Below are positions 60,651 through 64,000 of a DNA stretch of 64,000 nt, one piece after another (positions within the stretch are counted from its first letter, which is position 1; each line of letters opens with the position of its first letter). The notes beneath the pieces are model-generated. The model did not search any database. It was not told where the DNA came from and worked only from the letters and a program-made list of their open reading frames with translations. Made by a program: the position numbers and the translations under genes. This DNA comes from an uncultured Nitrospiraceae bacterium (lineage in GTDB: Bacteria; Nitrospirota; Thermodesulfovibrionia; Thermodesulfovibrionales; SM23-35), in NCBI GenBank assembly GCA_963727775.1, contig CAVSHB010000003.1, positions 160,001-224,000 on the forward strand, written 5' to 3'.

Positions 60651-61037
60651 AAAAAATACTATCGTCCAGATGGACGTACGGCAGACTATTGTTCTTGCAA
60701 GATCTCGGATAACGATCATTGATATTTAAGTAAATTTCCCAGATGTTTTTTGTCTTGACAGGAGGCACTATAGGATGTTCTCCACACGTTATTCCGCAAC
60801 TTCGCAGCGGAATAACGCTTATTCGTAATCAATAAAACCCGCCTTTTTTTGTGAAAAACATCCCCGTGTATTACGTAAAAACAGAACGAGAATCCGCAGC
60901 CCCAAACAGCCGTTATCTTTTTCAGGCGTACATCCATAGGTATCGCCTACAGCCTTTGTATGGCGGTAATTTTTACTTGCAAAAGAAAGTGGCCTTTGCT
61001 AATAATAACTCACCTTAGTTTTTAAAGGAGACCTTAT

Positions 61038-61635
61038 ATGCATGTAAAGATGAGCAGCCTGATCAAGACGTTTGGTATGGTAGCGGGGTTGATAGTGGTC
61101 TTCGCTTTGTGGGCGTCTGTTGCCATCGCTGGTCTTTATTGCCTGTTCAAACACACAAGCCATAGAACTTACACTCAATAATACCCCTGCCCAAGTCTAT
61201 TTCAGCCCCAGTGGTGGTGCTACGGATGCGGTTGTAAAGGAAATAGGGAAGGCTAAGTCTGAGATTTTAGTCCAAGCATACTCTTTCACAGGCAAGGAAA
61301 TCGCAAAGGCTCTTGTGGCTGCCCATAAAAGAGGAGTTCATGCAGAAATTATTCTCGATAAAAGCAACAGGTCTCAAAGATATTCCGCTGCTGATTTTAC
61401 TCGCAATATGGGTATCCCTACTTACATTGATGCTGAACACGCCATTGCCCATAACAAAATCATGATAATAGACAAGGAGACTATCATTACAGGCAGTTTC
61501 AATTTTACAAAGGCTGCTGAGGAAAAGAATGCCGAGAACTTATTAATTTTGAAAAACAGGGAACTTGCCAAACAGTATATTGATAATTGGAATAAGCATA
61601 GAAAGCATTCTGAGGAATATAAAGGCAGGGATTAA
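61038..61635 (+). CDS. Phospholipase D-family endonuclease (Nuc-like), apparent frameshift in the leader
   Basis: VYFSPSGG, VQAYSFT, AHNKIMIID (single HKD), TGSFNFT, NAENLL. The RBS-bearing ATG at 61038 is out of frame with the catalytic ORF 61120-61635. Confidence 0.85.
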
Positions 61636-61656
61636 ATTTACCACTCGGAGGAAACC

Positions 61657-62142
61657 ATGAAAAAAATAACATATGAACCAATCGGCATAATCCACACTCC
61701 CTTTAAGGACACAAAAGAAATGCCGATACAAGCTAAAGGGGGAAAGGGCATCAAAGGAACTATAAAAATTAAACCCGCATTTGCTGAAGGACTAAAAGAT
61801 ATCGAGGGGTTCTCACACATTATATTGATTTATAATTTCCATCGGTCGAAAGGGTATTCTCTTGTGGTTAAGCCATTTTTAGATGATAAGTTGCGTGGAG
61901 TATTTGCAACAAGAGCACCCAAGCGTCCGAATTCCATAGGGATGTCGGTTGTCAGGCTCAAGAAAGTGGAAGGTAAAATCCTTTATATTGAAGATGTTGA
62001 TATCGTGGACGGGACTCCATTATTGGATATAAAGCCATATATACCTGCTGTTGATGTATTTAAAGCAACAAGTGTCGGGTGGCTTTCCAAGAAGACGAGG
62101 GGGTTCAGAAAGGCTAAGGCGGATGCGAGGTTTAAAGCATAG
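61657..62142 (+). CDS. tsaA: tRNA m6t6A37 methyltransferase TrmO/TsaA family
   Basis: PIGIIHTPF, GVFATRAPKRPNSIG, DGTPLLDIKPY. Confidence 0.9.
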   Translation: MKKITYEPIGIIHTPFKDTKEMPIQAKGGKGIKGTIKIKPAFAEGLKDIEGFSHIILIYNFHRSKGYSLVVKPFLDDKLRGVFATRAPKRPNSIGMSVVRLKKVEGKILYIEDVDIVDGTPLLDIKPYIPAVDVFKATSVGWLSKKTRGFRKAKADARFKA

Positions 62143-62187
62143 ACTATCCTTTTAGAAATTTTACTAATTCTATTTGCGGAGGACTAT

Positions 62188-62604
62188 ATGGTATCAACAG
62201 GCAGAATATCTTTAAGCACAAAAGGCTTTAGCGATGTTCTTGATATTACCGATAAAGTTGCAAGAATGGTTGAAGATTCAGGCATTCAGAATGGCTTGGT
62301 AAATGTTTTCTGTTCTGGTTCTACAGGTGGTATTACCACAATCGAATTTGAGTCAGGTGTCATTAACGACTTAAAGAAAGCCATAGAAAAGATTGTTCCG
62401 TCAAATATCCCTTATGAACATGACAAAAGATGGGGTGACGGTAATGGATTTTCTCATGTGAGGGCAGCTCTTATGAAACCTTCCCTTACAGTCCCTATTG
62501 TCAAAGGAAAACTAACGCTGGGTACATGGCAGCAGATAGTCTTTATGGATTTTGATAATCGGGGAAGGGATAGGAAGGTTGTTGTGCAGGTTGTGGGGGA
62601 GTAA
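62188..62604 (+). CDS. yjbQ: YjbQ/UPF0047 family protein
   Basis: DITDKV, YEHDKRWGDGNGFSHVRAAL, LGTWQQI. Confidence 0.9.
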   Translation: MVSTGRISLSTKGFSDVLDITDKVARMVEDSGIQNGLVNVFCSGSTGGITTIEFESGVINDLKKAIEKIVPSNIPYEHDKRWGDGNGFSHVRAALMKPSLTVPIVKGKLTLGTWQQIVFMDFDNRGRDRKVVVQVVGE

Positions 62605-62918
62605 GCAGGTTGTTTGGTACACATAATAATTATCACATACTGCTGTGTAGCCTGATAATTCTATTTATTTCTCCAGGAAACCTATTGAACAATGAAAATT
62701 TGACTCTATTCGCATTTATTCTCTTCGCGGGATGATTACAAGAGATTACTCGTAGACGGGTTACGGCCAAGGAAAATCAAGGAAGAGGAGTCCGAAACCT
62801 GTTGCCTTGATTTGTCTTAATTTTCATGATAACTTATAACTAAATAAGGATAGGGCAATCTGATGAATGCGTCCATGCAGCCTACATTTAAAAACCACAG
62901 AAACAGAAGAGACTTGTA

Positions 62919-63068
62919 ATGTCTGTAATAGAATACTCAGATATAAAAATAAGTCTGGATGATGAAGGATATCTCGAAAATTTGGATGACTGGAAGAGAA
63001 AAGTGTCGTGAGCATTGGCAGAGAAAGAGAGTGTCGAAGAATTCACCAAAGACAGAAAGGAGGTGTAG
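62919..63068 (+). pseudogene. DsrC/TusE-like N-terminal remnant
   Basis: MSVIEYSDIKISLDDEGYLENLDDWKRKVS*ALAEKESVEEFTKDR; internal stop and truncated. Confidence 0.6.
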
Positions 63069-63136
63069 TATAAAATATTAAATATTAGCTCATAGAAAAA
63101 AGGTTGTGATTTCAAAAAAAAGAAGGAGGTATAGAC

Positions 63137-63313
63137 ATGAACTTAGAACTAACGGACAAAGAAAAAAATGCGCTTTTAGAAGTACTTAATGACTATATTC
63201 CAGAACTCAGAGGTGAGATTGCTTCGGGCGGTAAACACGATTTTAAAGAGGGACTGAAGGCTGAAGAGTCGGTATTAAAAACAATACTCGAGAAATTGAA
63301 GGCGCTGAAATAA
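63137..63313 (+). CDS. Small 58-aa helical hypothetical protein (not in ORF track)
   Basis: AAGGAGGT RBS; MNLELTDKEKNALLEVLNDYIPELRGEIASGGKHDFKEGLKAEESVLKTILEKLKALK. Confidence 0.7.
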   Translation: MNLELTDKEKNALLEVLNDYIPELRGEIASGGKHDFKEGLKAEESVLKTILEKLKALK

Positions 63314-64000
63314 GTATCCTATACGACGAAGCTGAATATGTAGTCTTTTTGTATCATGGAGGTGTATGCACTTCACAGCACCTGTCCCAAGGGGGGGCTT
63401 TTTAGGTGATGGTAACTCTGTGCCTATACTATCTATGTTGCCCGATCTATCAAGAGCATACACCCCTCTGTGATACAACACCTTGAAGATGACCCAGTAA
63501 ATACGAAGTATTCCTTTGCTACCAATGAAATCAAGGGCTTAGAGGTTTTTTCTAAGCCCTTTTTGTTGTCCATTCCTACCATTTACGATTCCCAATAGAG
63601 CAAAACTTTCAATATTCGCATACGACACATTTATGCTTCGCCCCACGTTCAAAGTTGAAGCCTGTGATCAGTTGCATCTTTGTAACGAAAAGTCTCGTCT
63701 TTGATCTGCTCCCATTTTGTTTAGTACAAGAGAAAAGTGGCATTCTGATAGCTTCAGGTTCTGTGCATATTTGATGAAGGATTTAACGCATTCATCGTCT
63801 TCTTGGGAACGCGGTAGAGGTGATACTCGGTACCCTTCAGATTCAGCCTATAAAAATCGAGCCACTCTTTCATATTTCAACTAAAAATAGTCTATCGTCT
63901 GTTTGTTTGCGAAACAAAGAAACACCGGCCTCCAGATAACGGTTATTCATATCGGCTTGAAAGACTCCCTGTGCCTCGATTCCCGAGCGTTTAGTATGAA

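Larger units (their letters stand above)
58972..60779 (+). mobile_element. IS110-family element 2 with long 3' non-coding end
   Basis: GTT at both junctions (58969-58971 and 60777-60779); flanks match guide sequences in its own 3' region; outward TTGACA at 60755-60760. Confidence 0.88.
53039..60817 (+). mobile_element. Integrase + IS91-like (Y2 HUH) element carrying nested RIT and IS110 insertions
   Basis: int-tnp gene pair. Left end AGAACTAAACCGCTGCGCGG; right end CCGGCGCACCGGCTTAGTT|CTCCAC (split by IS110) followed by an 11-bp hairpin. Confidence 0.75.
38967..64000. mobile_element. Decayed genomic island / mobile-element-rich region downstream of ssrA (right boundary unclear)
   Basis: Abrupt switch from core genes to phage remnants, IS elements, pseudogenes and accessory cargo right after the tmRNA CCA end. 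Confidence 0.7.

Noticed and set aside
44586..63728. 19-kb DDE transposon with TGTACTAAAC...GTTTAGTACA termini
   Set aside because: No target-site duplication, the inverted match is only 10 bp, and there is no DDE transposase inside.
1..64000. CRISPR array, rRNA or intact tRNA genes
   Set aside because: No regularly spaced repeat-spacer array, rRNA signature or full cloverleaf seen; the only tRNA-like gene is tmRNA.

Overview
The window has two halves. Positions 1-38966 are ordinary chromosomal backbone, probably from a Nitrospirota/Thermodesulfovibrionia-like or deltaproteobacteria-like organism (inferred from gene content only). It carries fur-feoB, argG-dprA-topA, mlaEFD, pgi, hemL, archease-rtcB, a porin, hisAF, an LPS cluster (hldA, msbA, glycosyltransferases, galE, waaL, ugd), smpB and tmRNA. 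From the tmRNA 3' end to the window end (about 39-64 kb) lies a decayed accessory island. It contains a terminase-small-subunit-like gene split by an IS200, two IS110-family elements with structured 3' non-coding ends, glycosyltransferases plus a LarA-like epimerase, a VWA/OmpA protein, and an integrase + IS91-like (Y2 HUH) element. That element is hit by a RIT triple-recombinase element and by one IS110. The strongest observation is that the 3' non-coding region of the second IS110 contains two 9-nt guides exactly matching its own insertion site, which is the end of the IS91-like element. Both IS110s sit at the same position and orientation in a GYTTART(T/A)C motif that recurs about 8 times across the island, often at cargo boundaries. 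All calls are by eye from motifs; no database searches or folding programs were run.
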